Below, in pieces: positions 38,901 through 48,619 of a stretch of 64,000 bases of DNA. Position 1 is the stretch's first letter; every line of letters begins with the position of its first letter. Under the pieces are notes generated by a model that ran no database searches, had not been told where the DNA came from, and worked only from the letters and a program-made list of their open reading frames with translations. The position numbers and the translations under genes were made by a program. Origin of the DNA: Deltaproteobacteria bacterium (GTDB lineage Bacteria; Myxococcota; Kuafuiibacteriia; Kuafuiibacteriales; Kuafuiibacteriaceae); contig JAVJQW010000015.1 in assembly GCA_040218735.1 (NCBI GenBank), positions 64,001 through 128,000 of the forward strand. Direction: 5' to 3'.

Positions 38901-39857
38901 ATGAGAACCACCTTCGTCACTACCTTCCTCGTGCTCTCTTCGTCCTCCGCCGCGTTCGCGGCGGGGGGAAACTGTCCGACCGCGCCCCTCAACTACGACG
39001 CTGCGTCCTGCAGTGCCTTCTGTGCCCGCAACTCGTCGGACAACACACAGTTCCTCTGCGACATCACCGCGCAGCCGGGAGACAACGCCGTCGTGGTCGT
39101 GAAGAACTACCGACCGATCCTCATCGCAGGTACGCAGCGATACTCCGCGTGGGGTTCGGCCAACGGCGCCGCGTTCTGTTGCACCACGGACTCGACCGCC
39201 GCAGCTCCGGTCAACTCGGTGAAGGTCCTCACCGGCGACGGGGACGACGAGATCTGGTTCACCGCCTTCCATACGAACGGAAGCGTGCGCAACCTGAACA
39301 GCAACACGAACCAGACCGTCGCCGGCCGGTTCACGGGGTACGCGTACCCCGGTGAGGGCGATGACTACGTGCAGGGCTCCAACAGCAAGGCGAGTGACTA
39401 TCGTGACTACCTCACCGGTGAGGACGGCCGCGACACGATCCACGGCAACAAGGGCCCCGACTTCATCTCCGTCGCGCAGACCCGCGTCCCCGGTGTCTAC
39501 TCGGCGAACAACGACGGTGAGTCCGTCTACGGTGACAACGGGCGGGACGAGATCGAAGGCGCCACGAACAGCATCACGGCGGCCGACACGATCATCGTCT
39601 CGGGCGGCGCCCAGAATGACCTGCTCTGCACGGGGCCGGTGAGTTACCTGACGGGGCAGCGCGTGATCTTCCTCGGCGGCGACGGCGACGACGAGATCTA
39701 CAGCTACTCGTCGTTCATCGCCGGCAACGACGGCGCGATCTACGGGGAAGCGGGGAGCGACGGTTGTGACAACCCCGGCGGCAGCCCGGAGACGACGTGT
39801 GAGCGTCCGTTCACGCCGTCGAACTTCACGGCGTGGTCGCCCCTCGTCTGCAACTAA
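38901..39857 (+). CDS. Secreted Cys-containing protein with hemolysin-type Ca-binding repeats
   Basis: Signal peptide; GDGDDEI, GEGDDYV, GEDGRDTIHGNKGPDFI, GDNGRDEI and GGDGDDEI repeats. Confidence 0.7.
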   Translation: MRTTFVTTFLVLSSSSAAFAAGGNCPTAPLNYDAASCSAFCARNSSDNTQFLCDITAQPGDNAVVVVKNYRPILIAGTQRYSAWGSANGAAFCCTTDSTAAAPVNSVKVLTGDGDDEIWFTAFHTNGSVRNLNSNTNQTVAGRFTGYAYPGEGDDYVQGSNSKASDYRDYLTGEDGRDTIHGNKGPDFISVAQTRVPGVYSANNDGESVYGDNGRDEIEGATNSITAADTIIVSGGAQNDLLCTGPVSYLTGQRVIFLGGDGDDEIYSYSSFIAGNDGAIYGEAGSDGCDNPGGSPETTCERPFTPSNFTAWSPLVCN

Positions 39858-40768
39858 CTCTTCATGCGTCCGAGCGCGTGGTCGACGACTTCGACCGCGG
39901 TCTGACCGCCTTTGATGCCGAAGTCGAGGGTGCGGATCGGGAACGGGATCGTGATGTCGTGGGCGTCGAACGCGCGCTTCACGGCCTTCATCGCGGACGA
40001 CTTCGACCGGTTGTAGACGGACTGCTCACTCGACGAGACCCAGAACTTGGCCACGATGTTGATCGAGGAGTCGCCGAACTCGTCCCAGTCGGTCTGGATC
40101 GCGGTGTCCGGCATTCTGTCGGGGAGCTTTTCGAGCGCCGCCCGGATGAGGTCTTCGACCGCCTGCAGGTTGGACGCGTAGGAGACCCCGACGCTGAATT
40201 CGACTCGGCGTCGCGCGTCGAGTGAGTAGTTCGTGAGCGCGTTCTGGAAGATGTCCTTGGAAGGGATGATGATGTGCTGCCCGTCGAGGTCCCGGATCGT
40301 GACGGAGCGTAGACCGATGCTGTCGACGTGCCCCTTGTAGCCGTTGGTCAGCACCAGATCGCCGACGCGCAAGGGGCGTTGCAGCGTGATGAACAGTCCC
40401 GAGATGAAGTTCGACGCCAGGTCCTGGAACGCAAAACTCAGCGCTAAGCCGACGACACCCGCGCCCGCGAGGATCGACGTGACGGTCTTGTTCAGGTCCA
40501 TCACCGACAGCGCGATGAACAAACCGACACACACGATCCCGAGGTTCGCGACGCCCGCGACGATGCGCGCGATCGGGTCGGGGAGCTTCGTGCGTACGAG
40601 GACCTTCCGCAGGGTGTTGCGGACGATCTTGCCGACGACGAACGCAAAGATGAGGACGAGGACGGCGACGACGAAGTTGGGGAGGTTCTTCATCCCCGCC
40701 TCGAACCATTCGACGAGGGTCGATTGAATCAGCTCGTAGGAGCGCCCGAAGGTCTCGGACCAGTTCAT
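39854..40768 (-). CDS. Small-conductance mechanosensitive channel (MscS family)
   Basis: GLALSFAFQDLASNFISG, RVGD and ITIPFP motifs. Confidence 0.9.
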   Translation of the reverse strand: MNWSETFGRSYELIQSTLVEWFEAGMKNLPNFVVAVLVLIFAFVVGKIVRNTLRKVLVRTKLPDPIARIVAGVANLGIVCVGLFIALSVMDLNKTVTSILAGAGVVGLALSFAFQDLASNFISGLFITLQRPLRVGDLVLTNGYKGHVDSIGLRSVTIRDLDGQHIIIPSKDIFQNALTNYSLDARRRVEFSVGVSYASNLQAVEDLIRAALEKLPDRMPDTAIQTDWDEFGDSSINIVAKFWVSSSEQSVYNRSKSSAMKAVKRAFDAHDITIPFPIRTLDFGIKGGQTAVEVVDHALGRMKS

Positions 40769-40775
40769 CGGTACC

Positions 40776-42347
40776 TCATACCTGCTCGACCTGACCGTCG
40801 GGCGTCACGTACTGCACGCGGTAGAGATCGCTGCGGCGCTGCGTGAACGGGCGCTCCGTGCCGTCGAGGCGGTTGCGTCGGATCAGCTCGAGGTCCAGGT
40901 CTTGGATGATGACGTTCTCGATGTTCGGCGGGCACTCCGACGCGATCGCGTCGCGCGAGAACGGGAAGTCCGACGGCGTGAAGATGCCCGACTGCGCGTA
41001 GTGGAGGTCGGCGTTGTCGACGAACGGGATCGTCCCGGTGCCGCCGGAGATGGCGACGTACAGCTGATTTTCGATCGCGCGGGCCTGCGCGCAGTGGCGC
41101 ACGCGCAGGTACGCGTAGCGCTCTTCCGCCGAGAAGGGCACGAAGACGATGTTCGCGCCCTTGGCGGCGACGACGCGGCACAGCTCCGGGAACTGCACGT
41201 CGTATCCGACGAGGATCGCGATCTTGCCGCGGTCGGTGTCGAAGACCTGGAGCTTGCTGCCCGGCGCGACGCCCCACCACCACGCTTCGTTCGGGCTGAT
41301 GTGCAGCTTGTACTGGCTCTCGCGCGTGCCGTTGCGGCGGAACAGCCAGCCGACGTTGTACAGCTCCTCGTCCTCTTCCACGACGAGCTGCGAGCCGCCG
41401 ATGATGTTGACGTTGTACTTCACGGCGAGGCCCGTGAAGAGCTCGAGGTACTGCGGCGTGTAAGCGGCGAGCCCGCGTGCTGCTTCGGCGGGGCGCTTCG
41501 CCTTCACGATCGACATGACCTGCGCCGTGAGCAGCTCGGGGAAGACGACGAAGTCGGACTTGTTGTCGGAGGCGACATCGACGAAGTGCTCGCACTGCGA
41601 GGCGAAGTCTTCGAAGTCGTCGATCGGGCGCATCAGATACTGCACGACGCAAATGCGGACCGGCATCGTGCGTCGCATCTGGCGGGTTCGAGCGTTGGCC
41701 GGCAGGTGCTCGATGTTCGGCCACTCGAGGAACGTCGCGTAGCCGCGCGACTCCGAGTCGGTCGGGAAGTAGTCGGGGATGAGTCGTACGAGCTGAAAGC
41801 CGTTCGATGCCTGCACGGTGAGCACGGGATCGAATAGGCGCTTGCTCATGACTTCTTCGACGTAGTCGCGCGCCGACATCTCGTCCGCGTACGTTCCGTA
41901 CCCGGGGATGCGTCCACCGATGATGATGCGCTTGAGGTTGAACTCACGCGCGATCTGTTTGCGCACTTCGTACAGACGGCGCGCGAGCTTCATCCCACGG
42001 TGACGCGGGCTCACCATGATCTCGATGCCGTACATCGTGTCGCCGTCGTAGTCGTGGTTGCGGATGTAGCCGCTGTCGGCGATCTCCTTCCAGTTGTGCC
42101 ACTCGTCGTACTCGGTGAAGTCGACGATCAGGCTGCACGACGACGCGACGATCTCCCCGTCGATCTCGATGACCACCTGGCCCTCTGGGAACATCTTGGT
42201 CTGGCTCTCGATGTGCCCGCGGAGCCACGGGGCCATCCCCGGGAAACACTCCAGCTGCAGCGCGGTCACGGCGTCGAAGTCGTCGAGGGTCATCTTGCGG
42301 ACGACGATCTCGAAGGGGATCGGGGTGGTGCCATCGGCGGCGGTCAT
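40776..42347 (-). CDS. GNAT acetyltransferase-carbon-nitrogen hydrolase fusion
   Basis: GNAT RGMKLARRLY; hydrolase VFPEL, QYKLHISP and ARAIENQ; nucleophile site reads VGYDVQFPE. Confidence 0.88.
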   Translation of the reverse strand: MTAADGTTPIPFEIVVRKMTLDDFDAVTALQLECFPGMAPWLRGHIESQTKMFPEGQVVIEIDGEIVASSCSLIVDFTEYDEWHNWKEIADSGYIRNHDYDGDTMYGIEIMVSPRHRGMKLARRLYEVRKQIAREFNLKRIIIGGRIPGYGTYADEMSARDYVEEVMSKRLFDPVLTVQASNGFQLVRLIPDYFPTDSESRGYATFLEWPNIEHLPANARTRQMRRTMPVRICVVQYLMRPIDDFEDFASQCEHFVDVASDNKSDFVVFPELLTAQVMSIVKAKRPAEAARGLAAYTPQYLELFTGLAVKYNVNIIGGSQLVVEEDEELYNVGWLFRRNGTRESQYKLHISPNEAWWWGVAPGSKLQVFDTDRGKIAILVGYDVQFPELCRVVAAKGANIVFVPFSAEERYAYLRVRHCAQARAIENQLYVAISGGTGTIPFVDNADLHYAQSGIFTPSDFPFSRDAIASECPPNIENVIIQDLDLELIRRNRLDGTERPFTQRRSDLYRVQYVTPDGQVEQV

Positions 42348-42417
42348 TCCGCGTCATGTGAATGAAGTTGCGCCTGCTGTCGAGGTGTCTCGCGCGGATT
42401 GCGATACAATGTCCGCC

Positions 42418-43059
42418 ATGGCGCGGCCCGTGAACGCCGACACCGAAGCCACCCAGGCCCGTATCCGCGACGCCGCGCTCGAGCTGTTGGCGGAGCGGAT
42501 GACCGGGGACCTGTCGATTCGGGAGGTGTCGAGACGCGCGGACGTCAGCGTCAGCCTCATCAACCACTACTTCGACAGCAAGGAAGGGCTGCTCAAGGCG
42601 TGCATCGACACGATGTACCTGGAGCTGGAGTCGGCCCGCGACCAGGCGCTCGCCCACGCGATGGAGTTCGCCGACGCGTACGCGTTCATCGAGGCAACCG
42701 TCCGTGCCGGCTTCGTTTTTGCCTGTGAGCACCGGCCGATCATGCGCGCGCTGGTGGGGCTCGTTCTCCACAACGGCGAGCTCCCGGAGACCGGCAGAAA
42801 CCGAATCCAGGTGCCCTTCCTCGACCAGTGGTCCGAGCAGATCGCGAGCCTGCTCGGGTGCACGAAACACGAGGCGCGGCTGACGCTCCAGAGCATCGCC
42901 TTCCTCACCTCGCGCTACTCGATCGCGACGACCAAGGAGCTCGTCCCGATCGTCGGCCTCGGGGAAGGGGTGCCGCCGGAGAAGCTCCGCGAGGAGGTCG
43001 CCGACCACCTCGCGATGGCGTCCCGCGCCCTCCTGCGCAGCCTCGACCGCCGCGCATGA
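42418..43059 (+). CDS. TetR/AcrR family transcriptional regulator
   Basis: MARP...IRDAALELL...SIREVSRRADVSVSLINHYFDSKEGL. Confidence 0.88.
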   Translation: MARPVNADTEATQARIRDAALELLAERMTGDLSIREVSRRADVSVSLINHYFDSKEGLLKACIDTMYLELESARDQALAHAMEFADAYAFIEATVRAGFVFACEHRPIMRALVGLVLHNGELPETGRNRIQVPFLDQWSEQIASLLGCTKHEARLTLQSIAFLTSRYSIATTKELVPIVGLGEGVPPEKLREEVADHLAMASRALLRSLDRRA

Positions 43060-44075
43060 AGGAGCGGGTCGAGGAGGCCGTCCGGCGGGCGCTCGCGTAC
43101 CTCGCGGCCGCCCAGCTCGACCACGGGGAGTGGCCGGTCCTGCAGAGCCCCGAGCCGACGCTGCAGCGCGAGGCGACGCTCGACAGCACGCCGTTCGCGA
43201 CCGCGCTCATCCTTCACGGGCTGCGGTTCGCGGATCCTGCTGAGGCCCGGACGGCGATCGACAAGGGGTGTGCGTTCCTCCTCGCCGAGATGCGCGGCGA
43301 AGGGTTGTGGACCTACTGGTCGTCGTACAACCCGGCCTTTCAGGAGGCGCCGCCGGACATCGACGACATCAGCTGCATCTCGTACGTCCTTCGCCACTAC
43401 GGACACACGTTCGCGAGCGCGCGCGAGATCATCTTGGACCACCGCAACGAGGAAGGTCTGTTCTACACGTGGCTCCTCCCGCGCGCCGAGTCTTCACCGC
43501 GACTCAAGGCGGCGCTCGAGGCCGAGTGGCACCCCAGCCTCGCGCAGGTGATGGCGTCGATGTCCCTGCGCGACGTCGTGGACACCGCGGTCAACGCCAA
43601 CGCGCTGTTGTTCCTCGGCGAGTCCGATCCGCGAACGCACGCTTCGCGCGACGCGGTGGTTCGGCGCGTCCTTGCCGGAACCGAGGTCGACGGCGGTGAC
43701 TACTATTTGGGGCCCGTGATCATCTGGTACTTCGTCGCGCGCGCGTTCGCGAACGGCGTGCGTGGGTTCGGGGCGGTGCGTGACCATGTCATCGCGCGTG
43801 TCCCGGATGAGTTGTCCGACCCGACTCCGCAGACGCTGGCGCTGGCGATTTGTACACTGTTCGATTTCGACGGCGCCGTCGAGGAGCCGTGGATCGAATC
43901 CTTGCTCGACTCACAGGCCGACGACGGGAGCTGGCCGCGGGAGACCGCGTACATCTACGGGGACCGCGAGTCGGGTTCCGCCTATTTCTACGGGTCGGAG
44001 TCACTCACGACCGGCTTCTGTCTCGAAGCGTTGGCGCGTTATTCTCTCGCGCGTGGAGCGCGGAAGCACGCCTGA
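43056..44075 (+). CDS. Single-domain class II terpene cyclase/prenyltransferase-like protein (DxDD)
   Basis: QLDHGEW and SQADDGSW QW-type motifs; PPDIDDISC; ATGA-coupled to TetR. Confidence 0.6.
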   Translation: MKERVEEAVRRALAYLAAAQLDHGEWPVLQSPEPTLQREATLDSTPFATALILHGLRFADPAEARTAIDKGCAFLLAEMRGEGLWTYWSSYNPAFQEAPPDIDDISCISYVLRHYGHTFASAREIILDHRNEEGLFYTWLLPRAESSPRLKAALEAEWHPSLAQVMASMSLRDVVDTAVNANALLFLGESDPRTHASRDAVVRRVLAGTEVDGGDYYLGPVIIWYFVARAFANGVRGFGAVRDHVIARVPDELSDPTPQTLALAICTLFDFDGAVEEPWIESLLDSQADDGSWPRETAYIYGDRESGSAYFYGSESLTTGFCLEALARYSLARGARKHA

Positions 44076-45303
44076 TGCACCGGACCCGTTCGACGCCCTC
44101 GCGGCGGACGTCCGGCGACGCTGGGCGAAGGCGGGATTCGGTACGGACTGTTTCTGCGAGGTCGCGAGCGAGGCGCTGGACCAAGCGGAGCTGCATCGCT
44201 TGGGCAAGACCGCGCTCCTGAACCTGGCGATCGCCCGGATCGATCGCGGCGCGCACCGCGCTTGTTTTCACGGGGCCGACAACGTCGTCCCGATCTTCGC
44301 GGACGACAAGTTCATCATGACGTTCCACCTGTGGCGTCACACGTTCGGCAATCCGCATTCGCATGAATGGAATGGCGCCTTTCAGAACCTCACCGACCCC
44401 GTCGTCTACGCGGACTACGCCTTCGAGACGACGTGGCGACTCAACCACGACCTCGAGATCGGCCGCCTGACGCAGGAGCGCCTCTCGGTCCTGCAGCCGG
44501 GCGCGATCGTCAGCGTCGAACGCGACCGGAGTGTGCACGGGTTCGGGCACACGGGGTTGCCGGGGCTGACGGTCGCCGTTCGCTCCCGCGACGCGTACGG
44601 CCACACCTACGACTACTGGGGCGACGCGCTCCGCGTGACGAACGGCGCGACCGACGAAGTCGACGAGGGCGCGACGCTGCGCGCCCGATTGCTCACCAAC
44701 CTCCGGAGCGTCTTGGAAGCGGACTTCGAAGTACGCCTCGTCGAGAGCGTTCGCGCGGGGGGCCTGCGGGAGAACGTCCTGCTCGCGCTGCGCCTCGTGG
44801 AGCGTGACCCGCAGCTGCACACCGAGGTCTTCGCGGCCTTCATGAAGACGGAGCCGGCGGCGTCGGTCGCGTCGAGCGTCGAAGCGGCGCTCGTCGACAA
44901 GGCGCGGCACCACCAGGCGCTGTCGATGTTCGAGGATGCGTCTACGCCGGCCGAGCGTTTCCTCGTCTCGCTGCTGCGTTTTGCTCCGGACGGCTCACGC
45001 CTTCGCGCGCTGGTCGCCGAGCACGCTGCGCAGCTCGGTATCGAGCCCTCGGGTTTTTCGGCGGCGCTGGGTCAGGTCGCTCGCCGATCCGGTGCGCGTT
45101 ACCTCACGGGACCAGAGCGACTCCGCAATATCGCCTTCGACGTACTGGAGTCCCTGCTCGAAGGAGATGCTCACGAGCGAACCGTCGAGAAGCTTGGCGC
45201 GCTCTACCGGATCGAGAACATCGACGACGTGGTTCGCAACATGATGAGTTGGCTCGCGTCGATGCCGGTATTTCAGAGTGTGCTGGGCGAGGTGAGAACT
45301 TGA
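44053..45303 (+). CDS. Cupin/cysteine-dioxygenase-like HxH protein with helical C-terminal domain
   Basis: NPHSHEWNGAF ... SVHGFGH; overlaps both neighbours. Confidence 0.55.
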   Translation: MERGSTPDAPDPFDALAADVRRRWAKAGFGTDCFCEVASEALDQAELHRLGKTALLNLAIARIDRGAHRACFHGADNVVPIFADDKFIMTFHLWRHTFGNPHSHEWNGAFQNLTDPVVYADYAFETTWRLNHDLEIGRLTQERLSVLQPGAIVSVERDRSVHGFGHTGLPGLTVAVRSRDAYGHTYDYWGDALRVTNGATDEVDEGATLRARLLTNLRSVLEADFEVRLVESVRAGGLRENVLLALRLVERDPQLHTEVFAAFMKTEPAASVASSVEAALVDKARHHQALSMFEDASTPAERFLVSLLRFAPDGSRLRALVAEHAAQLGIEPSGFSAALGQVARRSGARYLTGPERLRNIAFDVLESLLEGDAHERTVEKLGALYRIENIDDVVRNMMSWLASMPVFQSVLGEVRT

Positions 45304-46154
45304 AGGCCACGGTCCGTGAATATCTCGACGCGCTCATGCCGCAGGCTCTCGCGTGTCGACTTCAGGTCATCCAGCCGGTCGCCGCCGCGATGGTGGAAGC
45401 CATCGGCGATCGCCCCCTCCTCGAAGTCACCGCGTGGGAGCTGGAGGCGCCCCTGGGACGCGCGGGTTACGACCTCGCCGAGTATCTCGAACACCGCCGC
45501 GACTGGAACAACAGCTACGTCGAGACGACGACCACGCCTTGGATCCCGGCGGACGACGGAACCCAACCACACCCGCTCCTCGAGGAGCACGCGCGTCGTG
45601 GGTTCGGAGGTGCCGGGCGTGTACTCGAGCTGGGTTGCGGTGTCGGCGCGAACGCGGCGTTCCTCGCCGAGCGCGGCGCCGACGTTCTCGGTGTGGACAT
45701 CGCGGCGAGCGCCATCGCCTGGGGTAAGAACGCGTTCGGCCCGGTGGGAGGGAGGCTCTCGCTCGAGGTCGGTGATTCGCTCGGGCTCGACGTCGCCGCG
45801 GGGTCGTTCGACTTCCTCCTCGACAGCTGGTGCCTTCACCACATCCCGGTGCACCTCATGCCGCGTCACGTCAGTCGTGCGGCGGAGGCGCTCCGGCACG
45901 CGGGGGAGCTGCTGCTGTTCGTTCACTCCCCCAAGTACAACCGGACGGAGGGGCTGCTGTTCTTGTCGACCGGTGTCGTCGGAAAGGCGTTGCGCTACGT
46001 TCTCGAACACGACTCCGAGTCCTGCTTCTCGGCGGCGGAGCTCGAACGGCTCCTCGAGCCGAAGTTCCTGGTCGAGTCGATCGACCATCACTACGACCAT
46101 CACCTGAACGCGGACCGGCACTACAGCTTCGTCGTCCGTGCGAAGCGGCGTTGA
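45300..46154 (+). CDS. Class I SAM-dependent methyltransferase
   Basis: VLELGCGVG, GVDIA and FDFLLDSWCLHHI motifs. Confidence 0.85.
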   Translation: MKATVREYLDALMPQALACRLQVIQPVAAAMVEAIGDRPLLEVTAWELEAPLGRAGYDLAEYLEHRRDWNNSYVETTTTPWIPADDGTQPHPLLEEHARRGFGGAGRVLELGCGVGANAAFLAERGADVLGVDIAASAIAWGKNAFGPVGGRLSLEVGDSLGLDVAAGSFDFLLDSWCLHHIPVHLMPRHVSRAAEALRHAGELLLFVHSPKYNRTEGLLFLSTGVVGKALRYVLEHDSESCFSAAELERLLEPKFLVESIDHHYDHHLNADRHYSFVVRAKRR

Positions 46155-46157
46155 TAC

Positions 46158-47474
46158 TCAGAGCGTGTGGAGCAACCCGGCTGCGGTGAGGCGCTCGACG
46201 ATGGTGTTCAAGCGGTTCGAATCCACGTCCGGGTGATCACCCGCCACTTCGTCGACCGTGCGCCCCTTCGCGAAGCTCAACAGCGGCGCGACCAGGTTCA
46301 ATGGGATCGGGAAGACACGCCCGTCCGAGCCTTCGACCCTCGCGTGCCGTTCGTCGTGGGACGTGATTCGCACCGCGTCGTCGAGGCGATGGCGGGGACC
46401 CGCCGATGCGTCGACCTTCGGCTCGAGGAAACGACGGAACAGCGGGGCCCCGAAGTCGACGCTGTCGACGTAGCGATCCGCGCGAACGTCGATGCCTAGA
46501 TCGTCGAGGCACGACCGGAGCGTCGTGCGGATTCTGTCGTAGGCGCGCGGCGCGGTGCGCCAGGGCTCGGCGACGACACCTTCGACGCGTTCGAGGCAAC
46601 GCCGTCGGATCGGCTCTTCGGGCGCGCGGAGGATCTCGGACGCCACGAGCTGCAGGAGATGGTTCGCCGGGATCTCATCGAGCACCGCGCCGAGACGAGG
46701 CGGCGGCGAGACACCACGGACACCCACGGAGAACGAGGGCTCGAGGTAGTCGACGTGGTGCCAGAAGAACGGCGGGATGTAGACCGCTTCGCCGACGTCG
46801 ACCACGAGCTCGACGCCACCTGCGTACCGCAAGAAGCCGGCGCGCTCGTCGTCGGACAGGTCACGGAGCCGCACGCCGCCGAAGTACATGATCGGATCGA
46901 GTCGGGGGCCCGAGCGCGGCGGGAACAGGAGGTAGCGCTTCCGGCCGATAACGGTGAGGTTGAAGACGTGCCGCCCGTCGCGGTCGAAGTGAAGGTCACT
47001 CGCCTGCCGGGCGGCGGCGAGGTACGCGTACACGAGCGCCGCGTGATCAGCGGCCTTGGCCTGTCCCGGTTCGAAGTCGAGGCCGAGCCGCTCGAGCAAC
47101 GGGCCGCGTGACCCCAGGGTTTCGAGAAGCGCCGAGCTCGGTCGCAGCTCCACGGCCGGGGGTGTCGACTCCGGGGACTCGTGCATGCGCGTGAGGTAGT
47201 CGTCGAGTGGGAGCGTCTCCCCTGCGTCGGCGTCGAAACGTTCGAGGGCTTCGGCGTCGTGGGTTCGCAGGAAGTCACCCGCCGCACCGAGCAGCCGTCG
47301 CGCGTAGCTCGGTTCGATCCGGATGTCCCACGGCGCGGTGCGCTCGGCGAGCTCCGCAAAGTCCTTGGCGATCGGCGCGCCCGTCCGGAGCACGGCCTCG
47401 TCCACGAGGGCAGGGCGGTGCTCTTCCATGTGACGGAGGACTTCGTCGCAGGAAGTCAGGCGGCGGATGTTCAC
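46158..47474 (-). CDS. JmjC (cupin_8-like) Fe/2OG dioxygenase with C-terminal winged-helix/RRE-like domain
   Basis: SDLHFD...GRKRYLLFPP...YIPPFFWHHV (HxD...H triad); C-terminal three strands plus three helices ending ERLTAAGLL. Confidence 0.8.
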   Translation of the reverse strand: MNIRRLTSCDEVLRHMEEHRPALVDEAVLRTGAPIAKDFAELAERTAPWDIRIEPSYARRLLGAAGDFLRTHDAEALERFDADAGETLPLDDYLTRMHESPESTPPAVELRPSSALLETLGSRGPLLERLGLDFEPGQAKAADHAALVYAYLAAARQASDLHFDRDGRHVFNLTVIGRKRYLLFPPRSGPRLDPIMYFGGVRLRDLSDDERAGFLRYAGGVELVVDVGEAVYIPPFFWHHVDYLEPSFSVGVRGVSPPPRLGAVLDEIPANHLLQLVASEILRAPEEPIRRRCLERVEGVVAEPWRTAPRAYDRIRTTLRSCLDDLGIDVRADRYVDSVDFGAPLFRRFLEPKVDASAGPRHRLDDAVRITSHDERHARVEGSDGRVFPIPLNLVAPLLSFAKGRTVDEVAGDHPDVDSNRLNTIVERLTAAGLLHTL

Positions 47475-48619
47475 GGGGTGTCCGCCCGCGTGAGGAAGCC
47501 GCGCTCGCACAACACGGTGAGTAGACGATCGGTGTAGGTCGGGGGCAGCGATGGGTTGTGCGCGCGCGCGAGGTACCCCGAGAACGGTAATTGCCGTGTA
47601 CCGATCCACCGCAGGAGCGGGACGAGCGCCTTCGAGACGAGTTGTCCGCGCGCGTCGCCGGTGGCGTCCCGGATCTCGACCCACCAGTACCCCCCGGCGC
47701 GTCGTGTGAGGCGGAGGTTCTTGTCGTCGCGCGGGACGAACATCGTCGTGGGCGGGACGAGGCCTTCCCGAGGGTCGTCCAGAGCGTCCGCCTTCACTTC
47801 GTGCCAGCGGCGGTCCAGCTCTTGGTCGAGTGACGCTCGGTCGTATGGTTCGACTTCGGGCCATCGCTCCGTCGGATCCACGCTGCGGTCGAGCGCCGAC
47901 CACGCGCGCGAGGCGTAGTCACCCCGTCGGACGGTGAAGACGAGGCTCCATGACTCACCGAGGCCTTCGGTGCGGTGCCAGTGATACGGGGGGACGTACG
48001 CGAGCGTCCCCGCCGTGAACACGACTTCGCGGGACCGCGCGGCGATCGCAGTGTCGAAGGCGGTGCGCTCGTCCTCGGTCATCGGGTTGTCCGCGAGCCA
48101 GTTGCTCGAATGCCCGGTTTCGTGGGGCCCGATCGCCCCTTCGGCCGGCGCTATCCACCACCGCTTCTCACCCGAGAGCTGCAGGACGAGCAGGCCGGTC
48201 GTCAGGTCGTGGTGCCAGTCGAGGCCGAGCCCCGCGGAACCCACGCTGAGAAGCGCGCTGACCGCGTAGCGCTGACCGTTCGCGAGCTCGTCCGCGAGGG
48301 CGTGTTCCCACGCGATGACTTCGGGGATGGGTAGCGGGCGAATGAGTATCTGGCCTCCACGCTGGTGCGTGGTGATGGCTGTCGAGTGAGGGACCGGTGA
48401 CTCGCCGAACGGTTGGAGCGTGGCGGAGCACTCCGCCGCCGGGAACTCACCGAAGAAGTCGGCGAGGGACGGTGCCCTCGGGTCCGGCCACTGCGTACGG
48501 ATCTCTTCGGCGACGACGGTTTCGAACCCGCGGTGCTCCTCGAACGCCGCGCGAAGCCGGTCCGCGGTGCCGCCGGCGAGTCGCTCGATGCCTTCGGCGC
48601 GGAGCGCTTCGGAGCTCAC
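47471..48619 (-). CDS. JmjC (cupin_4/RoxA-like) Fe/2OG dioxygenase with C-terminal winged-helix domain
   Basis: GLDWHHD...LQLSGEKRWWI...YVPPYHWHRT; ends LCERGFL; GTGA-coupled on both sides. Confidence 0.8.
   Translation of the reverse strand: MSSEALRAEGIERLAGGTADRLRAAFEEHRGFETVVAEEIRTQWPDPRAPSLADFFGEFPAAECSATLQPFGESPVPHSTAITTHQRGGQILIRPLPIPEVIAWEHALADELANGQRYAVSALLSVGSAGLGLDWHHDLTTGLLVLQLSGEKRWWIAPAEGAIGPHETGHSSNWLADNPMTEDERTAFDTAIAARSREVVFTAGTLAYVPPYHWHRTEGLGESWSLVFTVRRGDYASRAWSALDRSVDPTERWPEVEPYDRASLDQELDRRWHEVKADALDDPREGLVPPTTMFVPRDDKNLRLTRRAGGYWWVEIRDATGDARGQLVSKALVPLLRWIGTRQLPFSGYLARAHNPSLPPTYTDRLLTVLCERGFLTRADTP

Noticed and set aside
43056-44075. Squalene-hopene cyclase (shc)
   Set aside because: About half the length of SHC, single domain, and no hopanoid genes nearby.
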